Below, one piece after another: positions 49,193 to 62,100 of a stretch of 64,000 bases of DNA. The DNA is from Cetorhinus maximus (lineage: Eukaryota). Below the pieces are notes generated by a model, which worked only from the letters and a program-made list of their open reading frames with translations, made no database searches and was not told where the DNA came from. A program made the translations under genes and the position numbers. The stretch lies in assembly GCF_964194155.1 (NCBI RefSeq), contig NC_135887.1, positions 8,184,001 to 8,248,000 of the forward strand, read 5' to 3'. The stretch's first letter is position 1. Every line of letters starts with the position of its first letter.

Positions 49193-50705
49193 ATATTTAT
49201 CTAGTTTGGCTGCCTTGCTCACGGTTAATATATAGTCCTCACAAATGCATATAGTTTGGTCAGGTTTCACCACTGGGACTATGGGCCCTATTGGACAGGC
49301 TGAATGATGTCCAGCTTTTCTAATTGGCACAGTTCTGCATCCACCTTCTCCTATAAGGCATAAGGCACAGGTCTGGCCTTAGAGAAACGGGGAGTTGCCT
49401 GAGAATGCGCATATATTTTTGCTTGCAAGCCGTTTAACTTCCCTAGTTCATCACGAAATACACTGTCATATTTCCTTAGCAGTTCAGGAACTCCACCTGT
49501 TCGCAAGTGAAATATTTCCAGCTGAGCTTGATGTTTTGTAAGACTAAGTCCTTCATCTGTCACTATGGTCACTGGAAGCTGGGCTGTCTGTCTATAGGAC
49601 ACAAGTACTGTGGCGATGCCTTTTACCCACGTGGATTCTCCAGTGTATATCTTCAATTGAGCCATTGTTCGCTCCAGGTTCAGTGGCTGGGTACCTCCAT
49701 TAACTTGGAGTGTGACAGTAATGGGTTTGGTGTTTACCGCTGTGACATTATACGGGGAACAAATGTTGGTATTGGCAGCTTCAGGTTCTGTTGCATTATT
49801 CAATTGAATCATATTGGGTAGCTGCCTTATAGGGCTGTTTCAATTTTGCCCTGCATTGCTTTATTACATGAACTTTTTTAATGGCAGTAATGGCATTCTG
49901 CCTCCTTGAATCTGCAGGTGTCCGGTATGTGGTCACCCCAAATATATAACAGATTAACCTTGGAGTCGCTGCTGAAATGTATCTACTAGGCCTTTTTCGA
50001 TTTCTAACAGCAGAGATTGCCTCTCGCTTCGCTGCTGTGTCTCTGGTTTTTGCGCTACTCCCGGCGATAGGCTCCCGCCCCACATGAAGGACAGCGCCGT
50101 GTTGTACATGTTGTAAAGCCTGTGAGTCTCTCGCAGCACTTTCCATGGCTAGCGCTATTTCCATGACGCACTTCAAATCGATGTTAACTTCGAGTAAATG
50201 GCGCTGAGCTCCACAAACTGCAGCATATTACTTGTGTGTGTCTCCGAAGTTGCAGTGCTCTGTCAACTGCTTCAACTTCACGATATGAGTTGTGATGGAA
50301 TCTCCTGGGCCCTTACTCTGGAATTAAACTTAAACTTCTGCATTATTACGGATGGTTTCAGCTGGTAATGTGTTTTCACGAGTTCTACAAATTCATTAAA
50401 GGACTTAGAATTAGGCGTGTTCAGGGCCTCAGGCTGCAGATGAGATTGTATGTCTTGCTACCACATAAGCACAAAAGGATTGCCTTCTTCTTCTCCTCTG
50501 TGATAACTTTGTTTGCTATGAAATAAAAATCAAGGAGCTCTACATACTGGCTCCAGTATTCCAAAGCCGCATCGTAAGGATCGATTCTGCCAAAGAGTGA
50601 TATGACTGGTGAGTGTTCTTTTCTCCTAAGATTTGATGTATGTTTTGACCCAGCAGTTGGTAAAGCTGAATTATTTAAAAATCTCAGAGGGAAACTTTAA
50701 ACAAC

Positions 50706-51385
50706 TGTCATAACCTATAATTTTAAGTGGTATGTTTGAGATGCAGTTCTAAATTCAGGAATCCGACCGCCAGTCCTCAAGAGGTTTCATATTAAACTAA
50801 ATGAAACATTTTATTAAGTTACAACACGTTAAACACATACACATGGCTACCAATTACTACTATCATAACTTTTAACAAATTCCCAAACTAATCTCCACTA
50901 AGGCAACAGCAGCCCATAGGTTTTGAGTAGACATCAGGCAAAGCATTTTTACCTTACAAATTCGCTTTGGTTCCTTGCAGATACTGTGGTAGGCTTAGAG
51001 GCTTTGATCTTACATTGCCTCTGCCCTGCACACACATAACTGCTTTCAGTTATACCTAGCACATCACATTGAATATAAACTCTCACTGTATCACCGGCCC
51101 CTTTGAACTCCACCTCTTCTAACAATAAAACCCCTTTCATAGTGCCATTTTATTAGTAATATAAACATTGCTTGGTCTCTGCTAGCTAGGTGCCAGAGTT
51201 CACTCCCCTTCTTGAATGCTCTATTCAACAAAATGCAAATGCACTCTACCTCTCTTACATCTCAAAACTACTATACATCAAAGCACCCAGACTAGCTGGC
51301 TTTAATCCAGTTAAGACACACCCACAGACTCAACCTCTATTTTAAAAGAAAAATATTTTCCGATAATATTAATAGCTTCATGACA
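50706..51385 (-). mobile_element. Solo-LTR-like insertion in the Gypsy 5' leader
   Basis: Termini TGTCAT...ATGACA (perfect 6-bp inverted repeat); minus-strand AATAAA at ~50810; no TSD seen. Confidence 0.55.
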
Positions 51386-51425
51386 ATGTACTCACATTAA
51401 CAAGGGGAGATGCAGCATCGGAGCT

Positions 51426-51443
51426 ATTCCATCCTCATCGTCA
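51426..51443 (-). promoter_or_regulatory. Primer binding site, tRNA-Ser(GCT)-like
   Basis: Minus strand TGACGATGAGGATGGAAT versus expected TGGCGACGAGGATGGGAT (15/18), 2 nt from the 5' LTR. Confidence 0.75.
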
Positions 51444-51445
51444 AA

Positions 51446-51570
51446 TGTAATGACTTGACGTACCGGACAGATTTCTACTAGAAACAGATAACTTTATTAC
51501 AGAGAGCTTTTCAGATGCTACATGCTTGGACCAGGTCCTTGACAAGAAAGCTACACCTTCAGTTACTACA
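51446..51570 (-). repeat. Gypsy 5' LTR (125 bp, internally deleted)
   Basis: Homologous to 46854-47069 but 91 bp shorter. Confidence 0.92.
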
Positions 51571-52334
51571 ACATTCTAACCACTCTCTTGTACTTATGGC
51601 CCCTACTTCTGTGTTCCCCTTCGCTACCTCTAGTCTATCAAACCTTCTCATAATTTTAAAGGCCTCTGTCAGGTACCCCTCAGCCTTTTCTCTTCTAAAG
51701 ATAAGAGCCTGTCCTGTTCAATCTTTCATGCAGCGCCTTTAACATAGAAAAGTATCCCAAGATGGTTCACAGAAATATAATGAAGCAATAATTAATGCTG
51801 AGCCAAAGCAAGAGACATTAGGGGATTAAAAACGTGGTCAAAGAGTTGGGCTTTGAGAAAGGGTCTTTAAGGAGCAGCATGATAGAGGGTTACAGGGTGG
51901 AAATTCCAGAGTTTGGGCCATTGTGATCAATGGTGAGGCAGCTAAAGTGGTTTCAGGATATCCAAGAGGCCAGAGTTGGAAGAACACCGATCTCTTAGAG
52001 TCTTATAAGGCTGAGGAATGTACCAGTGAAAGATATTTGAATGTGAGAATCAGAGCTTGAACCTGACGGAACATCACAATGGGTCACAATAGGTAGGGGA
52101 AAGCCTTAGTACATCAATATTAAACCAGTAGCTTCAAGTTCCTTTAACCACTCTAGTCTTGGTTGTTCAGTGAGATGAATAGCCAAATAATCTCCATTTT
52201 GTGATGGTGGCTGGGGGCTGCATGTTGACTTGGATACCGGGAGAACTTCCTATCCTATCTCTTTTGGCTCCTGAGCAGGTAGATATGGTCCCTGTTTCAT
52301 GCCTGATTTGAAATATAGCACTTCCCTTGTGTTG

Positions 52335-52500
52335 GGGTTGGTTAGCTCATGGCCTAGGTGGCTAGAGTCTGATTCAGAATGACGCCAATGGCGCATGTTC
52401 AATCTCCGTTCATGGAGCTCTGCCTCCTCATCTTGCCCCATGCTTGTGGAGTGGTGCCCCTCACGCTATATATAACCAATTGTCACTCTTTAAGAAAAAG
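52335..52500 (+). mobile_element. Degenerate tRNA-derived SINE
   Basis: GGTTAGCTCA...TAGAG...GACGCCAA...GTTCAATCTCCG resembles a tRNA-Ile-like head. Confidence 0.4.
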
Positions 52501-53134
52501 AGTGGACCAGGGTGAATTGCCCTGCCTCCCTTCTTCTGTACTGCATTGCAGTATCAACTTGGATCATACGTTCAAATCTTGAACCTTCAGACTCTGTTGC
52601 TAATGTGCTATTGCTGGGCTGAGCTGACTCTTGTTACTGACAGCAACAAAGACTTTAAAACTAATTTGAAGCTGGATTTTCAGTCTCGATTTGGGGGAGG
52701 GAAGGGCATTGTTGTTGTGTTAAAGGGTAAATCCCACGTGTTCTATGACAGCTGTGGAAATAAGTTTCAAGAGACAGAAATGACTTGTAATCTGTGCTCC
52801 TGTAACTATATTACATAAATGGCTGCTGAATGAAGAGAACGAGGAGAATTCAGACACATGAACATATATTACTCATGTACAATCCTGTCAATTTACTCCT
52901 GTGCCACCTCAAGTCTGTTAAAACCTTCTCAATATCAAATCCTTCCATGTTGGCTAGTGAATTTTCATCTCATTTTATATCTGCAGGAGTGGGTAAATAA
53001 ATATCCTTGGCTTATCAATCAGTCCATCTGTTAAGAGCAGTTACCTTCTTCAGTGACAATACAATGTCCCTAAAATAACAGAGGTTCCCCAGGTCCCTTC
53101 CCGTAACTCCAGAAGAAATGGCTGTCTTCAGCTA

Positions 53135-53380
53135 CAGAAGCAGGAGTAGGCCATTCAACCCCTCCATCCTGTTGTGCCATTCAGCTGGATCACCAACATC
53201 TCAACGTCGTTTAACTGCCTTTACTCCGTACCCTTGATGCCCTTACCCAACAAAAAAAACCAACCAACCTCAAGTCTTGAAATTTTCAATGAATCCAACA
53301 TGAGAAGTGTGCAGATTTACAATGATTTGCTTAACACGTGCCCAGATTTCCTGAACCAGGCAGTTTGTTCTTGGCCTTTA
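53135..53380 (-). mobile_element. CR1-type 3' tail
   Basis: GAAGCAGGAGTAGGCCATTCAACCC...GTACCCTTGATGCCCTTACC. Confidence 0.7.
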
Positions 53381-54393
53381 TGACAATGCATGAAAATCAG
53401 GAAAATGGCTTACATCACTTCCTGTTTGGGGTGAAGCAGCGCATCATAGTCGCATAATACATTGCTGTAAGTCATGGGAAATGATGTAAAGGGAAGTGTT
53501 CGTGTGTGGATGTTGGTGAGGATGGGATCAGGCTTGATTTGGGATGTTCTCCATGCTGGGAAGATCTGCCAATATCGGCTTTCTCTGTCCGCCTAGCAGA
53601 AATGCCGCCTGGGCGAGAATTGCTGGCATTGAAGGCAATGTATTTACTTGCCACAAAGAGCTTCTCCTTTTCAGGTGCTAGAACTGGCCAGGAAGCAAAT
53701 TAGAAAGAAAGTTAAATACGATCCAACTGGCCTTTACAACACACATCCCCTGGGCTTGTCTAAAGCTCTTGTCAAATGTGTGAACACAGGTCGAACCATG
53801 GTAAGGCTGAGACCCAAGAAGAAGGGAGTGCTTTGCCAGTGCCAGAAGTCTGAAGTAAGTGGCAGACACATTTCTGACAAATCCCTCATTTGAGTTGAAC
53901 ACAGTGTCCTTTTCATATCACCTCCAACGGTTCTGCTGCAGTGAGACTGTTAGTGTTGATGCCTGCCAGTCCCACCTGTTAGATACAGCAGCTGGCATCC
54001 AAACAGAATGAGACAAGTGGCTGCATTTTCTCCCCTGGCAGCTGCTGGGACACTTTAGACTGGTTTCAACTCTAAGAGAACATGTGCAGGGACAAACAAC
54101 AGAAGTACCCACAAGCTTTTACTCTGTCATTCAAATTCTACATCTACAGCAGAGTCACTTATTCAGATCCAGAGGTATGTTTAGCTTAGTTTTAATAAAC
54201 TGAGCAATCTGTCCAACTAGAACAGATGTAGACTAGGTTTTATAAAAAAAAAATATATGTATAAAATATATTTTGTTCTTTTCAAACTGTATCCTTCTCC
54301 TCTACTCCTCATGTACACTGAATACTGACTGCCAGTGCAGCCAAATGGCCATAGCTATCTCTACCAGTTCTGTCTGTCAGCTAGCAGTCATCA

Positions 54394-54623
54394 TGATACA
54401 TCAGTATTAATGGTACGTTAATTATACTGTTAAAATACACCGGTGAAGAGCATTGTTTAATTAAGTACATAGAGCACTTATAAAGAGAGACTGCTGGGAC
54501 GCTGTGGGTGGTAGGTAGGGAGCTGAGGTATGTAATTCCGCATTCTGTAAATAAACCTGTTATCAAGAAAAGTATCAGTGTCTAGTTCCATGCTTCACCA
54601 ACTGGCTTGGGATTGAATTAACA
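54394..54623 (+). mobile_element. Short solo LTR (230 bp)
   Basis: TG...CA termini; 4-bp TSD ATCA (54390-54393, 54624-54627); TATAAA at ~54478 and AATAAA at ~54550. Confidence 0.7.
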
Positions 54624-55231
54624 ATCAGAATTATAGTCCTGTGAGCATTTACGTTCTCCTGGGATTTGAAAGTATCCCTTGTCCATTGCATGGGAAAAGT
54701 CAGTTGAAATGCAAATTAAAGAGAAATTTCAGTTGATTTCCCCTGTTTCCTGCCAGCAAGTGGCACCTTGTCTCCGTTTAATTTTTGTTGACACGTCAAA
54801 TTGTTATCAGTAACCATGGCACCATACACACCAAATCAGTTCTGATTTCTATAAAAATACACACTTACTGTTAACTCCGTCTGCTTTTTTGTGAATTGAG
54901 ACATGTCTTTGTAAGGAGGGAAAGATTTCATCTGACACTCTCACACTGCACACAAATGCATTCTAGCCTTTCGTTTTTCCCTTGTTTGATTAATGTTCAA
55001 ATGCACCGGCATTTTACAGATCACTCCTATACACTTCCAGATTTCTTCCTGCTTCATCAAATTCAATCATCCCATTTATAATCAACGCATTATTGTGTAT
55101 TGAGTATTCTCATATTATGTGCACTATTTCTCAACCATTATCACAGCTGCTGCAGCTCCCCAAACCTTGTGAACGGATTCTATTTCTCTTGTACATTCTG
55201 CTGCTGTTCCACAGCAAATATATAGATCGTG

Positions 55232-56124
55232 TGTTACGACCGGGATGGGAGAAGTACACGAATTATCGAGCCCCACTACTCCGCAGGCTGTACCATTCAT
55301 TTAAATGTTTAATTTTCTCACCAAAATGGTCAGTTGTGTTCCTGTACCTCTAGTATCAAGAAGAAAAGAGACTCTGACAAGACTTCTTTAATTTATTTTA
55401 TAAACAAACCTTTTAACAGGTTGCAAGTACTAGTTAATACATCATTGCAATTAGGGAGTATAACTATCTATCTCTTCCTAAAGAGTTCCCCCAGCACGTG
55501 CACACACAAGCATGCACATCCATGCACACACAGACACACAAAGGACAAACAGATAGAGTCTCTCTGCAGAGATGGGCTTTGGAGGATGGGCATTCTAAAG
55601 TAAAGGATAAAGTCCACAGGGTCTCGACGCTGTTGAGTGCTCTCATGTGAAGATGGGCTGCTAGTCCCGTTGGACATCTGCATGTTCTCACCGTAGGTCT
55701 CAGCTTTGCAGGTCCAAATGCAGACGGGTTACATGTAGATGAGGGTTCTCTGGCTAGAGGTTGATAGCCAAACACAATTTTAGGCAAGGTAGGGAGAGAG
55801 GGAGCCAGTCAAGGTAACCTTCTTTCTTCAGCTTATTTTCCCACAAGACTGCCTTCAAAACAAGCAGGTTCACAACTTCCCCCTCCCTCTCATGTGACTG
55901 CCTCTTTCGTCTCCCAGCTTTTCATTAAGTGTTTTGCAGTTCAAACAAACAACTCCTTCTCAAGCACCATATAGGCCAGGTGATTTCTTGGAAGAGGCCT
56001 GCTTGTTGACAGGTGAACTTATGGCCTTTTTTTAAAAAAAAAGCCCCAGGTTAGCTTCCAGGTCACGCCAAGCCCTTCCATTTTGTAAAAGAATACTTCA
56101 GTCTTGAGAGATATGATTCTAACG
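55232..56124 (-). mobile_element. Possible solo LTR
   Basis: Starts TGTTACGACC like 22734; minus-strand AATAAA at ~55393; right end and TSD uncertain. Confidence 0.35.
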
Positions 56125-56460
56125 CCTGACAGCTCTTGCAGCCAGTTGCCAGGCACGGACATGCTACTGGAATAAAGGGAATCAGGATGCAAGCGGTGGT
56201 GCAACATCTTAAGACTCCTGTTTGCTGTGCAATTATCCCTGGTGGAAAGTACATTCATGTGAATATGGCGAAGAGGAGAGTGGGCTTAACGTTGATGCCT
56301 TCCGTGGTTTAATAGCTCGCCTGCCCTCACTATCTAGACTCACACATGAAGAATGTGGGGGAGTAACTATGCAACTGTAGTCTAAGGAATAAGTTCCTTC
56401 AAGAACTGAGAGGAAATGCTAAATAAAATGGTCACACAAAGAAATGATTGATTCCTTTAG

Positions 56461-56784
<324 letters not shown>

Positions 56785-56994
56785 TGAGCCTCTACTCAAA
56801 TGCACATTAAATTGCATCATTTGGAAAGCTCACCAGTGCTATTATGAGCTGCGATCCCTTAATTCAAATGAGTTTTGTCATGATGAGGTAGAGGCCTGTT
56901 AACACCCTGAGAACCTTTTGAAAATAGTATAGAACATTAAGATCGGGAAATTGTTGGATGCAACAACAAAAGAAAAGGTTAAGTGAAGGTAGAT

Positions 56995-58525
56995 AAAAAT
57001 TAATAGATTATTGTTGAGAAAAAGAGACATGCTATCGAAGCCCTTCACCTTGCACGCATCAGGACAGACACAAAAATGCCAAATTTCCAAGGGAGTAACA
57101 ATTTAAACTGCATGAGATAAGAGTGCTGATTGGTTGGCAAGTTGATTCTGATTGGTTGAGGCATTGCCATGGAGAATGCACCAGGGAACTATTGTCCCCC
57201 ACACGTTTGTTTAATTGGGAAAAGGCGCAATGCCTGGTACATGTTTCTTTTGCTTGCAGAGGACAGGTCCCTGCTTATGAATATAAGTAGCTTTTAGCAA
57301 ATGCAAATGAGTTACATTGTGAGCCTGACTGATGGTTTTATAGGGAACAGCCTAGCGAGCTCCCTTTCCTCGATGTGCTAGTTGAGAAATCGGCTAATGG
57401 ATTCTCTACTACTGACTACCACAAGCCTACCTTCACTGGCCAATATACACATTTGGATTCTTACAGCTCCATGCACTATATGATTGGCCTTCACTGCAGT
57501 ATCATAAATAGGGCCTGAGCCATTTCTTCACTCTGCAAAAATAGGACACATCAAAGCTATCCTGTGGGATAATGGCTAACTCAAATCAGCTCATTGCCTA
57601 ATGTGTATTGTGCAAACTTATGAATGGGCCTAAGGTCGTCACTTTCAGACCTGAAAGGTGCCCAGTCTACCTCCGATTACCCTGGAATGGCAAGGTATCT
57701 CGAGCAATTTGAGCAATAGGTGAAGCCAGCTGTTTCACACTGCTACTGTGCAGTAGCAACAGGAGTGGTACTTTCCACAAACAGGATGCTGCCATCAAGC
57801 CAAAAAGACATTCTGCCTACCACGCAAGTGAGTAATGTGGTATATGGATTTCAGTGCTGGTGCAATGGCAGGTACGTAAGCCATACTCCCCAACATCTGG
57901 CAGCTCCTATCAATGGCACATCCCTTCAACGGTTTGCAAAAAGGCAGAATACTGACCGTACTCAATCAGCATGTGCTTGCAAACCTCAGAACACAATGTC
58001 ATACGTTAAATATGATTCTGTGATTCAGTAGCACTTGCTGAACAATCCCGAGTGTGCCAAGAATTACACTAAAAATCAATTTAAGATTATCTGTCGGGCT
58101 CACTTATGCTTGTTAGAAGCTACATATATTCTCACACAGGGCCCTGTCTTTTGCAGACAGAAGCAATATGTGCACACTTTGCACCTTTTTTATAATCTAA
58201 ACAAAAGCTTAGGGAACAGTCATTCCCTGGTTCATTCCCCAGGGCAATGCTTTGGCCAGTCAGAATCGACCTGTCTGGTTTGAATTTGAACAAAGTTGCA
58301 GAGCTCACTGCTCCATGCTGCATTCTGCATGGCAACGCCTCCACCTATCAGAGTCCACTTGCCAACTAATCAGTGCTCTCTTCGCATGCAGTATAAATTG
58401 TTGTTCCCCTGTTACAGTTTGCGAATTTCTTGGGAGCTATTCTGATGAGTGCAAGACAAAATGTTTAGATAGCCTGTCTCTTTTTTCAGCATTACTAAAG
58501 CTCTGTACTACTAAACAACTAATTA
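56995..58525 (+). mobile_element. Penelope-like element of a second family with an inverted 5' terminal repeat
   Basis: ELPFLDVLVEK...HKPTFTGQY, SNVVYGFQCWCNGRYV (GIY-YIG), HLLNNPEC...LLEATYI; ~57000-57230 is an inverted homolog of ~58190-58500. Confidence 0.85.
58437..58472 (+). ncRNA. Degenerate minimal hammerhead motif (second Penelope family)
   Basis: CTATT-CTGATGA-GTGCAAGAC-AAAATGT-TTA-GATAG; inverted copy at 57033-57066 (-) reads TGTC-CTGATGC-GTGCAAGGT-GAAGGGC-TTC-GATA. Confidence 0.5.
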
Positions 58526-58661
58526 AAAGATTGAACTGGCTAATATTTCTAGTGAAGAATATCTCATCTCTATGTGAACATTCAGTTGAGAAGAATTAAG
58601 CAAAGTAACTGGAAGGTGGTATACAGTGTGTTAGAGCGATAGGTTTTTAATTTTTTATAAA

Positions 58662-59750
58662 ATTTCATTCATGGGGTCTGGGCTAGGCCAGCATTTATTG
58701 CCCATCCCTAATTACCCTTGAGAAGGTGGTGGTGAGCTGCCTTCTTAAACCGTTGCAGTGCATGTGGTGTAGGTACATCCACAGTGCTGTTAGGGGAGTG
58801 GTTCCAGGACTTTGACCCAATGAGAGTGAAGGAATGGCCATATATTTCCAAATCAGGATGGTGTGTGACTTGGAAGGGAACTTCCAATTGGTGTCTGCTG
58901 CCCTTGTCCTTCTAGATGGTAGCGGCCATGGGTTTGAGAGGTTCTGCCTAAGGAGCCTTGGTGAGTTCCTGCAATGCACCTTGTAGATGGTACACACTGC
59001 TGCTACTGTGCATCAGTGGTGGAGGGAGTGAATGTTTGTGGTTGGGGTGCCAATCAAGTGGGCTGCTTTGTCCTGGATGGTGTCAAGCTTCTTGAGTGTT
59101 GTTGCAGCTGCACTCATTCAGGCAAGTGGAGAGTATTCCATCACACTCCTGACTTATGCCTTGTAGATGGTGGACATGCTTTGGGGAGTCAGGAGGTTGA
59201 GTTACTCACTGCAGGATTCCCAGCTTCTGATCTGCTCTTGTGGCCACAGTATTTATGTGGCTAGTCCATTTCAGTTTCTAGTCAATGGTAACCCCGAGGA
59301 TGTTGATCGTGGGGGATTCAGTGATGGTAATGCCATTGACTGTCAAGGAGCGATGGTTAGATTCTCTTTTGTTGGAAATGCTCATTGTCTGGCACTTGCT
59401 TGGATCGAATGTTACTTGCCACTTGTCAGCCCAAGCCTGGATATTGTCCAGGTCTTGCTGAACTTGGACATGGACTGCTTCAGTACCTGAGGAGTCATGA
59501 ATGGTGCTGAACATTGTGCAATCATCAGCAAATAGCCCCACTTCTGACCTTATGATAGAAGGAAGGTCACTGATGAAGCAGCTGAAGTTGGTTGGGTCTA
59601 GGACACTCCTGCAGTGATGTCCTGGAGCAAAGATGATTGACCTCCAACAACCACAACCATTTTGCTCAGCGCTACGTATGAATCCAACCAGTGGAGAGTT
59701 CTCCCCCTGATTCCCATTGACTCTAGTTTTGCTCGGGCTCCTTGATGCCA
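58662..59750 (-). mobile_element. 5'-truncated copy of the 24-27 kb LINE family
   Basis: FSCFISDLPSIIRSEVGLFADDCTMF...QQDLDNIQAWADKWQVTF; same 3' tail. Confidence 0.92.
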
Positions 59751-60359
59751 TAATTCTCTATTAATTCCTGATTTGAAAGGCACTGCTGTAGAGAAATGCT
59801 GAACAGGGACCACACAGCAGCCCATGGGAGATATTGATCCAGCTTATAGCAACTATGTTACTGGGTGAGCTCCTAGTCACGTACCCATTTAGTCCAGAGA
59901 ACAGGAGAGGAGAAAAGTTTACTTACACTCTAACAGCAGCTTGGGCCTGTAGAAGCCTGTGCTTTTCCCAGTGTTATAAACTGAACAATCCTTATCATTT
60001 CAGCTGAAGTCAGCTTCATTATTATGCAGGTTGGAAACCCTCAGTAATTGTCCCCTACTGAATCTTCTGTACCTGTGGCTATGGTATGGTAGGGAAAATA
60101 GGATAGTCCCTGCAACTTGACCTGCAGGTTTCTAGTCCAAAATGCTTTGAATTTTAGTGCAGTGTGGTGTAATGTTAACACCACATTGACATTCCTCAGA
60201 ATTCGGCACTTTGGCATCACTGGTGAGACTATCATGATCAGGTGGCCTTCCGATCTTGGTGCTGCATGTTGTCGGCAGAACAAGTGGTGTGGATTTTTTA
60301 AACCTGTAAGTTTAAAGTTCAATGAGAGTTTAATGGTGTGTTGAATGCATTTCTAATAG

Positions 60360-60640
60360 GGAAAGAAAGAGCCTGCATTAACATAATGACTTAACCTTGC
60401 TCTCAGGACATTTCAAAACACCTTACAAACAATTTGTTATTTTTGAAGTTGACCAATAGGCAAATATGGAAGCTGATTTGCCCAGAAATGTTGAGGTGGG
60501 AAATGGTAATCAAAAGAAGAGAATTCCACGTTCTCCTTTGAACATATCAAACCACCGTGAAATCCTTTACATCCACCTGAGTGATAAAAGGGCCTCATTT
60601 AAAATCTCATCAAATAAAGAGCACATCTGACAGGAGCATT
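60360..60640 (-). mobile_element. Degenerate Deu-domain SINE
   Basis: CTTTACATCCACCTGAG...GGGCCTC, and tail GAAAGAAAGAGCCTGCATT. Confidence 0.55.
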
Positions 60641-61489
60641 TGAGAGGGAAAAGACAGTTATATGACTGAGAAATCATGAAAAAAATCCTTCATTCAATGA
60701 TGAGGCTCTTAGATAATATCAAATATTGGTACTTTTTTGAATATAAAAGCTATGAATGTCATAACAGGGAGGATGCATGGATGAATATTTGCTGTTTTAG
60801 TTCAAATGCCCACATCTAAATTTGACATTCAGAGTTAAAAATAGTTGCCTCCTAATTTTAGCTCAGATGCTGGTATTTTTTTCCCAGTGGTTGCAGATTA
60901 GTTTAAGCTGCTGAAGAATATCAGAAAAACACATTATTAAGAACTGTTCCAGTTGCATTGTGCAGTGACATAGCAAGTGCATCACTATTTCCTCTGATAT
61001 TTCTCGTGAAATGGTAGATTTGTTGGTGTAGAATGTGTTTGCAATGTTGCCACACATTGTGACTGGAAGTGTTCATAGCACCCACCCCCTCTTAAACTTG
61101 GAATCTGCAGAGGAAAACTGAAATCCTTTCAAATATTTACAGATGATTTACATGCCTGTTTTCTTTGTGATGGTGGGGAAATGTTTTGAGACATGAGGGA
61201 AGGTTCTTGGCTATGGGTGAACAGGCATGGATTTATACACATTTGGATTTTTGTTTGTGAACTTTGTGTTCCTACAGTTCTCAAGTCTAATTATATAACT
61301 TCTATCTTCAGAGATAATGCTAATTCTTCAGTACTTAGCTCAATAGTGAAACTTAGTTCACTGTTGTGCCTGGCAATGTTGGTAGCTCTACATTGTTTAT
61401 AAATCAGTGAGGATTGTGCACTTGAAGTGAGATTGAAAATGAGACATATTCCTGGCATAGAGGGCCCCAACTTAAGTTGCCAAGTTGTT

Positions 61490-61672
61490 AAATCCATAGC
61501 TGCGTTTAAGGGAAAGCTAAGTGCGCAGATGAAGGAGAAAGGAATAGAAGAATATTGATAAGGTTAGAGAAAGTAAAGTGAGAGGAAGCTTATGCAGAGC
61601 ATAAACACCAACATAGACAAGTTGGGCTGAATGGCTTATTTTTGTGCTGTAAATTCAGTGTAATTCTATGTT
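61490..61672 (+). mobile_element. CR1-type 3' tail
   Basis: TTTAAGGGAAAGCT...GAGCATAAACACC...TTGGGCTGAATGGC; similar to 37125-37270. Confidence 0.7.
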
Positions 61673-61770
61673 TTTCTTTATTCTTTCATGGGATGTGGGC
61701 GTCACTGGCAAGACCAGCATTTGTTGCTCATCCCTAATAGCCCTTGAACTGAACGGCTTGCTAGGCCACT
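61673..61770 (-). mobile_element. SINE family A 3' end
   Basis: Minus strand GGCCTAGCAAGCCGTTCAGTTCAAGGGCTATTAGGGATGAGCAACAAATGCTGG...CACATCCCATG. Confidence 0.75.
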
Positions 61771-62100
61771 TTGTGATGTCTCAAAGCGCTTTACAGCTAA
61801 TGTAGGAAATGTGGAGGCCAACTTACGCACAACAAGCCCCCACAAATAGTAATGGGATAGTGACCAGATGATCGGTTTGTCTGATGTTGATTGAGGGATA
61901 AATATTGGTCAGAGCACTGGGGATAACTCCCCTGCTCTCCTTTGAAATAGTGCCATGGAATCTTTTACATCCACCTGAGAGGGCAGACACCTCATCTCAT
62001 CCGAAAGACAACACCTTTGAGAGTGCAGCACTCAGTACCGCAGTGGAGTGTCAACCTTGATTTCTGTGCTCAAATCCTAGAATGGGACTCAAAGGCATGA
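61771..62100 (-). mobile_element. Deu-domain SINE (SacSINE1/AmnSINE1-like)
   Basis: TTGAGGGATAAATATTGG...AACTCCCCTGCTCT...AAATAGTGCCATGGAATCTTTTACATCCACCTGAGAGGGCAGAC. Confidence 0.8.

Larger units (their letters stand above)
46854..51570 (-). mobile_element. Gypsy/Ty3 LTR retrotransposon, decayed
   Basis: Two TG...CA LTRs (46854-47069, 51446-51570), 5-bp TSD ACATT, PPT and PBS; gag with zinc knuckles, KARPVPYAL, RNase H region ARIQCWALILSAYEY, integrase [11 protein letters not shown]...[13 protein letters not shown]. Confidence 0.95.
46095..51720 (-). mobile_element. CR1-type LINE 3' fragment split by a MITE and a Gypsy element
   Basis: Pieces 46095-46145, 46691-46853 and 51576-51720 join to ...GGTTCTACATTCTAACCACTCTC... 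Confidence 0.7.
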
